A stretch of 64,000 nt of DNA from Raillietiella orientalis (GCA_036172245.1 JAYWIR010000022.1:2852001-2916000), one strand, 5' to 3'. Counted from the stretch's first letter, positions 34,601-49,329 are shown. Made by a program: numbers and translations. The notes: generated by a model not told the origin, from the sequence alone.

Positions 34601-37600
34601 CGCAAAACGCTCTGGCTGGAGGCACCTTTGCGGCGCGCGTTCACCGCCTGTAGATGAGCTGGGACACCAGAGTTTCCGGCTCCCGGAAAGCCAATCAGGG
34701 TTTTCCGGCATCGCCGCGTTCCCGCCGTTGCCTTGGTCGCCTTCGCAGCCCGCGCGCACAACTGCCCTCCGCTTCCTGGCGGAACACGGAAGTGCTCGAA
34801 ACACAGGAAGGAAGGAAGGAAGGAAGGAGCCGATGGGGAAGGGGGGGAAGAGAAATCCGCAGCGCGAAACTGCCGGGCTGTCCCGGGACCTTGAAGGGAG
34901 ACGAGGCGCATCGCCGGGGGCATTTGCGTTCGGCCCGTGCTAGATCAGTTGGGTCGCGCCCGAAGGGAGCTGTCTGGACGCTCATTACTTGCTCTGCTAC
35001 TGCGTAGAGAAAGCACCTTCCTGTGCCTCTGGTCAAACGTTCCCGTTCCCTCCTTGGACCGCCTTCTTTGCATCTTTTTTTTTTTTTTTTTTTCCTTCCC
35101 CCCCTCCCTCCCGTTTTGCCTCGCAGCTCGTCGGCCTTTAAACTGCAGATGCCTTGTTCCCGATTCGGGGGAAAACTTTTTCTAGGTTTGTCCCCTTCTT
35201 CCTTTCCAGCAGCGGGTGATTTCGGATCGGAGGAGCCGAAGCTCCCTCGCCGGGACTCTCGGAAGGCGTCCGAGGCGGTTCTGAGGCTGAACGCAGTCTC
35301 CAGGGCGGCGCGAGAGCGCCACGTAGCCGGTGGAGTCCCCGGAAGCCTGCAGCGGGAGCAGGGAGGGCGTGCCACACTCCCCGTCTGCCAGGCGTCTCGT
35401 GACGGACCTCGGCGGCTCTCTCCCGCCTCGACACTTTCCACGCCCAGGAGGGAAGCGCCTCCGCTGCGAACGCTGCGGTCGATGGGGGCAACCGGAGTCT
35501 GCCCCCTTTCCTTCCAGATGCAAGAATCCGTTCCGGGGTCCGCGTTCCCAGCCTACGACAAGTGCAGTCTCCCGCGTGTCCCCACCCCCTTCATCCAGAG
35601 CTTCCTCGGCACCGGACCACATTCTACGAGACCTAGGAGGGGAGAGGGGCAGCTGGGAAGCAATTGGTTTTCGCTGCCCTCCCCTTTTGCAGCATCAGCC
35701 CTCCAGCCTAGCTCTCTCTCACTCCCCTCCCCCTCCTTTCCCACAGTCGACGGATCCTCTCCCTCCGTCATCTTCCTTTCGTGATCTCTCGTTTAATCGG
35801 AGGGGGATTCCCGGAATCTTCCTTTGCGGCGAAAGGGACAGCCCCCGTTGCTATGCGGATCGCGCGACTACCCCAAGCGGACCCTCCTAGAATAACCACG
35901 TCTGGGAGCCCGCCCACGTGCCTTTCGTCCGGACGAACGGGAGGACCCGCTCAGTGAACTCAACGCGGGGACGCAAGTTGACGTGGGCGTGAAAGGGAAG
36001 GAGCGAATGTGTGCAAAGAGGTGGAGCGCGTTCCGAACTCCGGGTTCGCCTGTAGCTGACTTCCCGGCTCCCCTCTCACTCGGCAAGGCTGAAAAGCACC
36101 TTAGAAAGCACTGGAATCTCCACCGTCCCGCCCTGTTCCGTGGGTCGAGCCGTTCCTGGAGCCGAGAGCCTCCGGCACCTTGGTGCCATTCCCGCTTGCG
36201 CGGCTTCCTCGATCCGCGGCAAGCCGTGGCGACTACGCGGCTTTCAAGTTGTGCTTCGAACACCACCCAGATGTTCCCGGGACAACGGGCCATCGTCGCT
36301 GCCGGCCGCGCGGGGGCGACTCCTTCGGTGAGGACGAGAGGCAGCCACGAGTCAGGTCGGGGGCTGCTCGCTGACTTCCTCGGAGCCTTCCGGAAGAGAG
36401 AAGGCAGCAGCAGCGAGAAGGTTTGCAGCACTGCAAACCTTCTCGCTGGGAAAAGGGAGAGGAGGGACCAGTGCGGATGCCCTGAGGCGCGGTGAAAACT
36501 TTGCTGGGCACAGCCGCCGCCATGACTCCAGTCCACGGCCTTTCCCTCGACGGCGGGCGGTAGGGTTTTCTCACCGGGACAAGCACGCTCCATCGACTGG
36601 CCGTAGTCACCTCCCTTTGGAGCGGCTCAACCGTGCAGAAATGCAGATGGCGCCCCGATATCGTCGGATGCTGGTCGGCACCTCGCTGGTTCGCACGTTC
36701 TCTCGAAATTTCCAGACCCTCCGGGAACACCGTAGCATTCGGGATCCCCAGCGACCTCCCGATGACCCGAAGATGCTCGCGCGAGCTGATTCACGGGTCC
36801 CTCTCCAGGGTGAAAGAGATTTCGACTCCCATCGAGACTCCCGTAGTCACGTCCTCCTTGCTTGAAACGGACGTGCCTTCCACCTTTCGCCGCTGCCTTG
36901 TGCCCCAGCGCTTCAGCCGCCCAGCAGGCCCTCCTTTTCCACGACCCCCACTCTTCCTCAAGATGGGATATCCGACTTGCTCTGGGCGGGAGAGAGGTGG
37001 TGAGCAGCGGGGTCGCGGCTCGGAGGGGAACCAATACCAAAGTCGGGCGAATCGGACGAGGATGCGGGCCCTCCGGCGTGACCCGACGGAACACACGGAA
37101 GGAGAAGCTCCCTCCAGCGGAAAGACCAGAGGAGCTTCGGGCCCACACGGCCCTACCAGACTCTCCCTCATTGACCTTCGCTCTCGTTCCGACGTCCCCT
37201 CTTCGTCCGATCCCAGGCGATCCTGCCGCCTCCACGAGATGCTGGATCCCCCTGCCTTCCGCAGAAGGTCCACGAGATGGCGGGCCGCACTGTGGATGGG
37301 GACTTTTCGAAGCCGCCTCGGAGCTCTCCTGGGATCAGCTTCCCCGTCTTGGCTTCCCCCTCCCAGGTCACCAAGGTTTCTCTCAAGCGCACGCGTACCT
37401 CGCACACGCTCGTCACGCTTAAGCGATAGTGGATGCTGACGATTCTCTGAGCGCTTGTGGACTCCTCTCGGGAGCGCGAGAAACGGTGGACGGCGGTTGC
37501 GGCCTTCGATCCCGTGTGCATCCTGCGCTCCGTTTCCCGTCGCGTTCCGAAGCTTCGGACGGCAGAGGAACGCGGAGACCAGCCGAAAGGAGACGACCGA

Positions 37601-40600
37601 GGTTCGGATTGCGGGTGCTCTGGTCAGCGTCTTCGGAAAGCGCAGCAAGAAGGAGCTTCTGCAGCCGAACTGCAAGCGGCGGCAGCACTCCGGAGCTGCG
37701 TGGTCTCTTCCAAACAAAGTGGGAGGTCCAGCAACTCTTGCAGGCTCTCCGTGTGAGCCACTTTTCCTTTCATTCCGGTTGTTCCATGGACAGCAAGCAG
37801 CACGGAGCGGTCCTCGTGTCCCTCTGGTTCTTCCTCCGCCTTGCAGCTCCCGATCCCATGCAAAGGCATACCATCCTGGAAGATGGCCTTCCACTCGGAG
37901 GCACCGAACCGCTGCCGTTCGGCTGCAACCGACGAGTGCGCCTGGGATGGGGTGGGAGGCTTCTCGGCGTTCGCCGCAGCGATGCTGAGCAAGGGAGATG
38001 GCGGCTCTGCGGATTTGACATCCAGTGGACGCCCTTCCGCTAGTGGCGGCATCCCCCTCGGATGACTCGCCTCGCTTCTCTTCAGGATGCGGAGCTCATC
38101 CTAGGTCCGTGACCCCTCCCTTTTGCGTCCTGCTTTCCAAGTAGAGCCTCCGGACTTACCCAGAGGTGGAGAGACCCTTTAATCTTCCTTCCCTTCTTTC
38201 TTATCTCTCCTGCTGAAAGGAAATGCCTTTCTTCGAACCGACCGGGTGTCGACACCTTCTCATCCGACGGAGCACGGGTTCCCTTCGGCCCCCCGCTCTC
38301 CGAAGTTCCCATCCTTCCGGCCTTGCCGATCGCTTTCGAACCTCCCGAACAAGCTCCTGGCTGCAGATGCGCCAGGATCGAGGGAGGTACACAGCAGGCA
38401 TGCGCCTCCTCCCTTTCTCCCTTGTCGTCTGCTGAATTGCAGCTTGCTGCCTCCGCCTGCTCTCCTTCATCTTCCCCCGAGAGGACAGAGCCGTCTCTCC
38501 GGAGGGATTTCATAACACCTTCTCTCTTTCCTCTCCCGCGGCCCTTGCATTTCCCCGGAGGCTTCGGCAGGGAGCTTCCTTAGGGAAGCGACTGCCCTCG
38601 CTTTCGCTCCTTTTCCTGCACTCCCGTCCTCTCGCTGCTGCGGAGACGGCTGGCTTATCCGACGGCTCCGTTCGGCCTGACCTGCTGCCACTTGCCTGCT
38701 CTCCTGGCCTACCCCTGGGAAGGAACCAGGATGGAGTATGACCCGGTCCACAAAAGACAAAGAAAGGGGCGGGGATGCTCCTGCGCTCTCCATGGCTCCA
38801 AGGATGAGAGCGCAACCGGCAGCAGCCGACAATTCTCCCGCAGAGGGCGAATTTGGAACTCTCGTCTCTCCGACCGATCCTCGACCGTTTTCTTTTCTGT
38901 TTTTCGCCTGAAAACTTCTCTTGGAAGCCCCCTTGTTATGGAAAAGGATCCCTTTGTGGAAACTGAACGCAGGCCTTGCAGCCTGAGGATTATCAGGACT
39001 TCTCGGTTTCTCACGAGAACGCTCCCCTCTTCCCTGCCCTCTAGAGAATCGGCTACCCACTACCCAAGCTCCTCCTCTGTGCCCCTCGACCGCCGCGTGG
39101 CGGGAAACCGTCCCCATCCACCTCCTGCAGCCGGTTCCCACTCCGGGGAGGCGAACACAGGGCCGCGGGTCTCCCGACTCCTGTGGACACCCTATCGCTT
39201 CGCCCTTCGGGAAACCCGCCTCGATCTTCCCGATGATTCCCAAATCTTCAGGAAGCGACAAGCTCGATTCCTTCCTTCCCTTCTGGACTCGGGCCAAGCC
39301 CACACTTTTCCTCCCGGCATCTCGACGGAGCCGGCAAGAAGTGTCGGCAGGCAGTGGGAGCCGGACGGTCCTCTAAGCAGGACGGTTGATTGACTCATGA
39401 GCCCTGCTTTCGCGGAAGCTTCTCGTCCTCTGCCTTCAGCTTGCTATATGATGGGGTTCAGGAGGGGTGCGCGGACACTTTTAGGTCAGCCTCAACGAAA
39501 GTGAGAACGTGCATGTGCGCACCTTCCCGGACACGCTCGTCCGTCGTTCCGGCGCGCGAGGTCGCTTTCTCTGGAGTTTCCAGCGATCGGCGGACTGGCC
39601 GCGGAGGCTCTTGCAAGAGGGAACCTACACAACACCGTGGCGTAGGAGCTTCTCGAGATCGCTCTGTTCCCGGAAGGAAGGCATACATTCCAGGATGGCA
39701 TACCCGAACGGAGGGGATAAAATCGGATTCCACGGTGGGGCAAGCGACCTTTCGCGCCGCCCGCTTCCCGGAAGGAAAGCCATCATCGGGGCTGATTGCG
39801 CGCGCTGCCTCCACCACCACCCCGGGCACCGAAAAGCTTTCTCTTGTAAAAATTCCAGCTCGTCTTGCCAGCTCTAACTGGGAGGAGGAAGGGAAGAGGA
39901 AATTCTTTTCGGATCTCGCTTTTCGTGCCGAGCGAGATGGCGAGACGGAGCCATCGGGGTCAGAACCGGCATGGCCGGAGAGATGCGGGTGGACCACGGA
40001 GTCTCTCTCATGCTGGTCGTCGGCGCGCGGCATTCCCCTCCCTCTCCCCCCCTCCCGACGCCCCGGTGTCCCAGAGACACGCGTGGAGGCTTCGTCGAGC
40101 TTTCGGAGGAAGGGCTTGAAACTACGTTCAAAGGCGGAACGGATCGCCTCCCTGAAAACGGCGGAAGGTGGCGAGATTTCGCGCGACCTTGCGAGTCCTC
40201 CCCCCTCCCGAAAACCATTATCCTCAGGGTGATCGCTGCATGGACGACTATACAGAAGGAAGAAGCAGGAACCGTCCTCTCACGAGATGACCTCCGGCAT
40301 GTAGCGGAGCTCCCGGAGGCAGTCAGGTGAGCCGATCCTTCGGTTTCAGGTGCGTCCGTCCGCTCCTGGCTCGCGCGCACTCCTCTCTGTGAGGATGACT
40401 AGGCCACGCGCTAACATCCCCGCCGTGGTACGGTATGGAGGGATAGATGGGGGAAAAGGGAGGGGAGAGATTCTTCCAGTTCTAGATACGCAGTGCGTCC
40501 CCCTAGGAACGGGGTCTTCGCAGAGGGAACGACACCAAGCTTTCCTCCAGCTGTGCGCACATCCTAAAAGGAACCTGTTACAAATTCGGCACCGATGGGA

Positions 40601-43600
40601 ACGCACGGCTTGGGAATGCTCACGGAGGTGTAAGAAGAAGATCGAGTGCCTCCCTGGAAGAAAAGTCAGTCCTGAAGGGTGCATTTCAAAAACTTCCTCC
40701 TGACGAGAAGTGCAGTTTCTCACATCTGGCCTCTGAGAAACCGGCCAAAGGACAAAGAACTCGTGAGGCTTTCGTCTTCGTCCTTTGTGCCGAATGGGCA
40801 TCTCCCCGGCCCCTTGCGAAGGCATGGGCGTCTTTTGCTGTGCCGACGCGGATCTCGTCAGAGGCGAACAGAGCCAGGCCGAATCGACTCCGTGTTGCTG
40901 AGGCCGAGGAAGGAGTCTTTCCTGACCCTCGCGGAAGCGAATAGCGAGGTCCCCTCCGTCAACTTGGAGGAATCGAGGACCACGATAGACCCTTTTCTCG
41001 ACCACTGCACATTTCTTCGATTTATGAAATGCTCTTTACCATTGCCAGGTTCTTCCCCCGGACCTATTGCATCCCCTCTGTGAGACTCCAGCAGGACCTG
41101 CAGAAACTGGCGCCTCGCGACAGACGAAAGAGAAAAACACTTCAAAATAGCCACCATCCATCCGACTCCGCATGACGGATAGCAGCTGCTTTCGATGCTT
41201 ATTACAACGCGAAGGTTGCGGAGGGGGATGACCGCGTGGGGTGGGCTACAGCTGGAAAGAGAATCTCCCAGAAGCTCAAAGCCAAAAGCCGAATGTCTGC
41301 TGCTGCGACCAACCAGGAGCCGCGCCAAGAGGGAAGAAGTAGGTTTCCGGAGCAGGCGGCCTGCTCGGCACCCCGGGTGCGCAACCCCTGTCCCGAGCTC
41401 GGAGTCCTGGTGCCGAGCACCGGTCGAAGTGTGCGTGCGCGCGTCGTCGTAGTCGTCGTTTCGGAAGGAGTCACCCGTCCGACGGAGATGCGCGACCGGA
41501 GCCTCTTGGCCGACGAGCAAACGGAAGCGCCCACGGCGCGGAACCCCGTCTGCTGGAGAGTGGAAGGGGAGTCTGGCCTCCGAGATCTTCGAGTGTTTCC
41601 GGTGACGGCGCGCTGCTTCGGGAATCTCTTATCCTCGCTCAGCAACCTCCTCTATTAGGGTTCCCTGGATCCAGTCTGCACGCAACCGTCGTAAAATACG
41701 TCGATTCTTTTAAAGTGAGTCTTGCGGTTCTCCGAGCGAGGAGCTAGCGTGCCCTTGGTCACCGCTAGCCTCCACCTTCTCCCTTTCTCCCGCCCATAGA
41801 GGCCGATGCTCGTGGTCGGTCACGAGAATGCCGCTGTACGAGACCTTATCGGGTGGCGTAAGCAGACCCCTTCGGTAGTCTGTCCATCAAAGCGACTGGG
41901 AACCAACATTCCACTCTTCCTGCTTCCGGCATCTCTTACTTCCCGTAATATGGATATGAATTTGCTGAGCCCGAGAGCCCTCCAGGACGGAACCCTCCAT
42001 CGACAACCGGTTCTCAGAACCCGTTGAGTATTGAGCGGGAAAGAGCTCCGAGCCATGAAAAGCAGAAAACCAAAAGGCTCTTCCTGCACGGGACTCCTTC
42101 CGGCAAAGCTCCTCGAGCGGAACGCGCAGGAACAAGAAGGTCCGTCTTTTGCGTGACCTTGGAATGGGGAGCGCCGGACGGAAAAAACTCGTGGAAAGGT
42201 CGCAGTTCTCTCACCGAGAGCCGGGTCATCTCGAAGGTTCGAGGAGACGCGCGACAGCCTCGCGGTGAGGCGAGCGGGAACGACGATGCTGACCGGGAGC
42301 CGATCGCGGAGGAACCCTTCCCTCCCTTTCCCCCACTCTGCGGAGGCAGTCCGCGTTTCTCGTGAGGGACGGCACTTTCCCGCACGGGTGTTTGCGACAA
42401 CCGCGGGCATGGATCTTCCGTGCTCTAGGCAGATGCCTCATTACAGGGATCGTGGGAGCATTAGGAGGAAGCTGGTGGCGGTACGATTTGCCCGATGACG
42501 CGGGGAGTAGGGAGGTAATGGTTCGGCTCCCTAATCGTCTCAAGAGAGGAGAAAGATGGGATTGACAGGGAGAGCAGGATTTTCCCTAGTGGGCAGGATT
42601 GTGAGGAGGGAGGGGAAGTAGCTCGGATAGAGAGATGCGACGTAAATGGCATCGGGACTTTTACGAAGGGAGCAAAAGCGTCAAAAAAAGGGGGGTGGGG
42701 ATCGCGGAAAAGCGTCTTTTCTTGCGTGCCTTTCTTTCCGGGTTCCGTCGCCGTGGTTGCTAAGCTCCCGGCACTTTCGGCAAGTGGGCCCTTCCGACGA
42801 AAACAGGCGAGCGATGCATCCCGCCCACCGTACTTCGCGGTTTTCCGGGAACCTCAACCGCACGGGTCCGCACGGACGTCGAAGAGGTCGGCTCGCGATG
42901 AGGCACCCCGGTGCGATGCCTCCTCCTCCCCACTTTACCCCGAGCTCGGACCCCACCGAGATTCGAGCATCCCGTTGACTCGGGCCGCCGCCGCAAGCCA
43001 GCCTTCCGCAAAACGGAGTCTTTCGGGTTTTCCGTGGACAGCCCGGTCTCGAGCCGGTTGAACGTTCCAGGCCGCCCTCTCGCCGTGACCCACTGCTCGG
43101 TAATGATCGAAACTGATCGGCAGCTAATTAAATTTTAAAAATTCATTAAATTAAGTGGCGACAGCATCTTCCCCCTTCGCTCCACATTCAAGGCACACTA
43201 GGCGCTACTCCCGCAGCGGAGATCCGGGAAGGATTCAGCAGCACGCCCATCCCGATTAATCCAATTGATTCGGGACAGAAGGGAGCTGTCTGAAGGCGGC
43301 ACACCAGTAGGAGGCGGTTTATATACGCGCGAGCACTTGTGTACATAAATCCACAGATAATGCGTGCACACATGCACACTTTTCCCTTTCTTCTCTCTCT
43401 CTCTCTTTTTCTGGATACCCTTTGGAAGCTGGTTCACAGGATCCAGGAACTACGCCTGGACCGGCGCAGGCAACGTTCCGCCTCGAGGGTTGTCAACGGC
43501 AGCGATCGGGAAAGTCCCTGCAAGTTCGCGCCCCGGGATCGCGTTGCTGGCGGAAGGTCCTTCAGGCAGGGCCTGTGCAGGGACTTCCCCCCCCCCCTCC

Positions 43601-44656
43601 CCGTCTCTTTCCCGGTCGGGCATGCGACGAGGCCGGACTGCAGAGTTCGACCTCTGAACGAGCGAAATGACTGTCCATGAGAGAAAAAAAAAAGGCGCTC
43701 CGAGGGGAATCGCTGCATCGGGCCGTGCTGCTCCTTGCAACACCACAAAGGAAGGGCTCTCTCACCCCTTCCCCCCTTACAGCTGCAAGGTCCACCGTGC
43801 TCTCTCTCAGACTGGTCGCGTGGACCAGCTGCCCTGGAGCTCGATCCGGCCACTATGCTGATTTCGAAGATGGCGGCAGGCATCTCTCTGCCTGCTGCGG
43901 CGGAGGCGGACGAAAAGGTGCGTGCAGGCGACCCGATGCCCTTTCCCGTGCTTTTCAGCTCTGGGACTCCTTATGTTCCTAGAAACAGCGCAGCCTCCTG
44001 GAGGACAAGCCGGAATTCCGCAACAAGCCCAGAAGCGCGCTCGAAGCTCGGCCGTAGGAAAGCGCCGATGGCGGGCAACACGGAGCTGCGACCGCCACTT
44101 GGTGGCCGACCTTCCAATGTCATCTGAGGACGACGGCTCTTCTGTCCGCTTTTCAGGGCTGAAGAAAAGTCGGTTGCTGCTCTGTCTTAGCCATCCGCCA
44201 CCGAAGTCCTTGGAACGCCTGCGTCTTGCTTCCGCATCCCCCGGCCCTCGAAAGACACTCAGACCCAAAGGCTGCTGCTGGAAACGTGGTTGTTCGCCCT
44301 GAGAGCAGTCCTTTCCCGGTTTCAGAGAACCAGCAGCAGCCCGGTGCGCAAGGGGACAGTGTGATGTGTGCCAAAACTGGGGTGCGCGACGGCAACCTGG
44401 TTTGGAATCGCTGCTAAACCGCTTCGTTCGCAAAGGCATTCTTTGACAATTCGTGAGCTGAAAGGTCCGAACAGAGGAGGAGGAGGAGAAGGCCGGATGA
44501 GCACTGATACGCCCATCCTTCCCTGCGCACTTTTGTGCGGCCGTTCGGTCAGACACACGCGTTTTCGCTCGTTGTGTTCACCAGTGGTCGCTCTGACGAG
44601 CGTCAGTTCTGCTTGTCTGTTTCGCTTTCAACTCTTCGCCATCCTACCGAAATCCA

Positions 44657-44664
44657 TGACGTCA
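44657..44664. promoter_or_regulatory. Full CRE palindrome TGACGTCA in intron 1
   Basis: Exact motif; function inferred. Confidence 0.35.
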
Positions 44665-45573
44665 GCGCCCTCCGTGCGCGCACGTTCGAGGACAGGGGTG
44701 TGGTGTAAAGGGATGTGCGAAAGGGGGGATCCCTTGCACTTGACAAGGAGACCTGCTCAGGGTGTAGAAGCGCCGGAAAGGAGTCTTCCGCGCGGTTTCC
44801 GTCAAGACAAGAAAGAGACACCATCTTTCAAGAGATCTGGCAACGCTGAATGAGTTGCTCCTCCGTGACGCGGCTGGAGCGAACGGGGGTGAAGAAGACA
44901 TCTTGTGTAACGTCGTACATCCGATCCCGCGTTGCGGAGAAGTGGATCGATAGGCAGATTGGCGGCTCCGGAAAGGCGCTTTTTTTTTACCGGGAGCTCT
45001 CACTCACTCTACTCGAGCAATTAGCTCTAAAAGTCACCCCGAGAGCGCGGCGCGCCGGGCGCCTGCCGCTTCCCTATAAATAAATCTTTTCAATTAGCTA
45101 TCAGCGCGACTACACCCGCGCTGGTCATCCCGAGTGAGATGAAGCTCCACCGGCAGAAATTGAATTTTTTTTTTTCCATAACCTTATTTTTTCTCTCTCT
45201 CCTCTCTTCCATTTTTTTTTTCCTTTTCCTCGTCCACAGCCAACAGCAGCAAAGCGTGGAGAGACCCTTCCGACTGCGTACCTGCTGCTGCTGCATATCA
45301 GAACCAAGTCGATATAGCAAAAGCAAACAGATGCACGCAACAAGTTGAACCCAGAAGCTGCATGCAAAGAGAAGAGCAATGGGGAGGAGAGTGGAAAGCA
45401 CGAACTGCTGGAGTTCGTCGCCGGATGAGGTTTCCTGGTGTCCGGCACCAAGCGGCAGTCTCAAAGAGCCAGAGAGCTCCCGTTCTAACAGGAGCGTGGG
45501 AACCGGAAGAAAAAAGGTTGAGCCGTCCTTTCTTTCCCTCTCCTCGTTTTCCTCCAGACGGCCACGGGTGATC

Positions 45574-45575
<2 letters not shown>

Positions 45576-45608
<33 letters not shown>
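45576..45608. repeat. (CTG)~11 microsatellite
   Basis: Direct inspection; a 19-bp tandem duplication ccgcgagaccgggaaagtg x2 follows at ~45633-45670. Confidence 0.9.
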
Positions 45609-45609
<1 letters not shown>

Positions 45610-46122
45610 CGCGAGGCATCGGGAACGCTTCGCCGCGAGACCGGGAAAGTGCCGCGAGACCGGGAAAGTGTCGCGAGCACGTGAGGGAACACGGGAGTCA
45701 CTCGCAACGGGCACGCGTTTTCCGACCTGGCGCAAGTCTTTCAGCAGTGGATCAAGTACCACATCAGTCGAAGCCCCTGTTTCCGTGCTGCCGCGTTACG
45801 CAAAAGCGCCCTCATTAGCTGCCGCCGCCCCGTCTACCGCCCTCGCTCGGAGCTGCCACATCACGCGCAACCACACCTTCAGTGAGGCCGCGTTGCGCAA
45901 GACCACTCTTTCAGTGCTGCCGCATCGCACAGTAGCATTCTCCCTCGTCCCACGATGTGTGCCTCCCTGTTAAGTGTTGCCACACCAAGTAGGGGGTGCC
46001 CTCTTGTTCGGTGCTACCACATTCTACGAAGTCCCGCATAAGCGATCCCCCCTTTCTCACACAGTCGCAACTGCCACGTCTTTCGTCGTGGGTCCATAAT
46101 TCAGAAGGTGCATGGAAGACGC

Positions 46123-46130
46123 TGACGTCA
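46123..46130. promoter_or_regulatory. Full CRE palindrome TGACGTCA in intron 1
   Basis: Exact motif, followed by ttaatt; function inferred. Confidence 0.4.
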
Positions 46131-46942
46131 TTAATTTCGGTGAGGTGATTAGCAGTTGCAAACAAAACAAAACAAAAAAAAAATGAAAGAAGGAGAAGAA
46201 GAGGGGGGGAGGGGAGGGGGAAGACGAAAAATGAAGAGAGCTGCGCAGTATCAGCGTTATCAGGCTCGTATCCCCCTTCCCTGCAGCTCTGGCTGCAGCC
46301 ACACGAACGGTTCGCGCATCCTCCTCGTCGGATGCCTCGTTACGAAATCGAGGGGGGCGGCGCCGGAGGATGCGCGGCGCCGGAAAACCTTCAGTTCCCC
46401 GTTTCATGGGAGCGAATTTCCCGCACGGCAACTACAAGTCCCAGCATCCACACTCCGTACCTTTAAAGAGAGAGTCAGAGAGGGGAGGGAAGGGAAGAAG
46501 ACGAGGGAGGGAGCGATGAGAATGCAGGATGCACGTGCGGAGGCTCCGCCGAGCGCAGCCCGTCAGCTGAAGCAAGCGGAGGCTGTGCTCGTCTTTCGAC
46601 GGGAAAGCGGGAAGCTCCCTGTGAGCCCCATAAACTACAGGGAATTGTTGCTGTTGTTGTTGTTCTGCCTTGCCCTGGATGTCCCCACGGGCTGCCGCCT
46701 TGCGAGGCGTGCGCACGGACCTCGCGTACGCGCCCGAGTGGGGCAGCGCAAGGGCAACGTGCGTGCATCGCCGTGCTCGCCTCGTCCTCCTCCTCTTCCC
46801 CTCCTTCCCTCTATCCCTGTGCGCAGAGACGAGGAGACGGGAAGCATCAGCAAGCCTGCGGGCATAGCGAACGAGGACGCGCAGCAACCAAACGGGAAGA
46901 GGGAGGATAGAAAGAAACAAAAGGAGACAGGCAGTCCCTTAC

Positions 46943-47022
46943 TTTGCACGTAACGCCAGCTGGCGGTCGTTGGGGCAAACCCACTGGTCCTTGGGCACGG
47001 CGGGGGGTTCCTGAGGGTCCAT
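46943..47022 (-). CDS. Rph: Rabphilin-family gene, coding exon 1 (MDPQEPPAVPKDQWVCPNDRQLALRA-K)
   Basis: ATG at 47022; WVCPNDRQLALRAK is the N-terminal signature of Noc2/RPH3AL and invertebrate rabphilin; donor AA|gtaagg, 80 nt, phase 2. Confidence 0.93.
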
Positions 47023-47374
47023 TCCGCGAGCGTCGGAAGGGAAAGAAGAAGAAAAACTTGGGACCACTCGTGCGAGGGGTCTCTTCCGCGGAAGTAGGGG
47101 GTCGAATGGGCAGGGATGTGGGAGGGTGATGGAGAGAAGGGAAGCGCGGACAGGCGCGGCTCGCGCTCCTCTCCCGTTCACTCCCACTGGTGGCTGCGAT
47201 GGGCGGGAACTCTCCGGGAGCACCGTCGGGGTCGGCGTTCCTGCCGTGTGGTTTCTCGCCTCACGGAGCTCACGGGAGCGAAAGACTGCCGACTCCGCTG
47301 CTGCTTCCTCGCCTTTTTCTTCCTCTCCTTCTTCCGCTGCCGCCACCGCTGCTGCCGCACAGGTAGCCCAACAT

Positions 47375-47453
47375 CACACACTCGGATCGCCCGAGTCCGC
47401 CGCGCCGCTAATAAGGCGAGGTTAAAAGAACGCTCGAGTGACGTCACCGAGCG
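47375..47453 (-). promoter_or_regulatory. Putative core promoter of the rabphilin gene with a full CRE (TGACGTCA, 47439-47446)
   Basis: CRE within the larger near-palindrome cgctcg-a-gtgacgtcac-cgagcg; TATA-like cttattag about 31 nt upstream of an Inr-like cgagt (~47382); ~360 nt upstream of the ATG. TSS is inferred. Confidence 0.45.
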
Positions 47454-49329
47454 CTGGCAGCTGCTGCCGCTCCACCGGCCGCGCTGCCGCTGCGCCGGCA
47501 GGACGCCGCACGGGAACTGGGAGGGGGAGGGGGGGGGGATCTGCCGACATCTGGATCGATTCACACATGCGTTCGGTCCTCTCGGAAACCTACGACGAGG
47601 GGGAGGAGGGAGGGGGGGGGCTTCGGTTGTTTACATGTCGTGAAGAAGAGCCGAGCGCTCCGTACACCTCGGTGTCCTTCAGAGAGGAGGCAGAGACTCC
47701 GGAGCCGTCCGTCACCGTTGGGCACCTTCGGAGAGTCGGAAAGGGGAAAGAAGCAGGTAGTCGAATGTGAAAGGGGAAGGCTCCAACTTCCAGAAATCGC
47801 CCCTCTCCTCCCAGAGCATCGGTCGTCGTGTGCCACGTGCTGATGTCCGGCGATGCCGAGAAAGGAACGGACGACCCCGAAGATCCACGACCACAGATGG
47901 TTGCGACGGCAAGATCCCTCCGTTCCCTTCGTCTCGCACCCGTCGCCAATGTTATAGCCAGCTCCTCGAAAGGAGGATCTGCCACGAGCACGATGGTCTG
48001 GACAAACGAAGAACTCGACGGAGATGGGATCTTCCCTTTGCTTCTCCCGCTTCTTCGTTTCCCTGCTAGGGAAAAGGGGAGGGCTGGGAAGGAGATCGGA
48101 GGAGAAGCCGGAGCATCGGAGAAAAAGATGTCTCGAGGAGACCTACGTTCGAGCACAAAAGGAGTCATTAGTCCCCTAGACGATGACCACGTCACAGTTG
48201 CAGGAGTTCCGTCAGATTGCAATTCCGGGAGTTTTAGATAAGGTCAGAAAAATAGCTCCAGGGGAACAAGCAAGCTCAGAGGTATGATTTCAGGAGCACC
48301 TGTTGTGGTCGCTGCACGGTTGCGGCGCTACCGGTGGCGGTCAGGGAGGAATTACGGGATTCTCAGCTAGATTCCCGGACAGGATTTCAGGAACGCCCGT
48401 TTGATCACGGTGGGATTGACCAGAGTCGCAAAAACACACTAAGAATCCAGTGGCACTGGTGACAACTTCTCTTCCCAGCACCACCGGCGGAAAATGAAAA
48501 ATGGAAGAACCTTCATCGCGCGCTTGGCACACCTCGGCGTCACCACAGCACCATCTGGGAGGAACAGGAACAGTCAGTTTCCTGCACCATGCTCTGCCGC
48601 TAGCTGGCAGCAGGTTCCTCCTGTGACCCTGAGGACCGGGGGCAGGAAAAAGCAGCACGGATGCTGCTTTTTCCTGCATCATCATCAAGGAATCGTCATC
48701 TAGGTTGCCGCCGCTGCCACACTACCCGCACGCGTCGCTCGCGATGCTCACCAGAGACGTGGATGTGCGAGCCTCCCTCCCCCTTTGATCTTGCAGTAAT
48801 CGTCTGGAGGGACTTCTCGAAAAAGGTGCCTCCGTTGCGCGGTAGCGATGGACACACGGCAAGGCAAAACTGGTGCGGTTCCTGCTGCTGATCGCACCTG
48901 TCGGCTCCCCCTCTATCTCTGGGGTTAGCTCTTCGACTTCCGGTTATCGCGATTTTGCCTTAGACGCACAGTACACCCCTCTTGTCCTCCCATAGGGAGG
49001 TCGAGAGTTCATTGTGTCGGAGGGAGGCCTCTGCAGGTCGTCTCCAAGGGGATCCTCAGACAGGCTCACCGGAAGCAAACTGAGTAAAAAAATAGGGGCG
49101 TTTCCGGATAGGGAGGGGGGGAGGGAAAGGATTCAGGATGTTGCGAACAAGGAGGACGAGAGCGTGCCCCGTTCCCGTTCCCGCTGGTGACTGGGTACAT
49201 CCCACGCCTCCTCCCGCAGGTTCCGTCGGACAGATGCCCGAGGATCATACCGCGTAGGGGTGGCACGCAAAGTTCCCGCGGATCCTCCTCCTCCGCCCGT
49301 GCCAGGGTGGTGTGCGCACGTGGGTCCTC

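Noticed and set aside
31700..46900. Numerous 200-370 aa ORFs in intron 1 (also 5092-6045, 13838-14974, 17449-19104)
   Set aside because: R/P/S/G-rich, overlapping in several frames, no domain motifs; expected in GC-rich non-coding DNA
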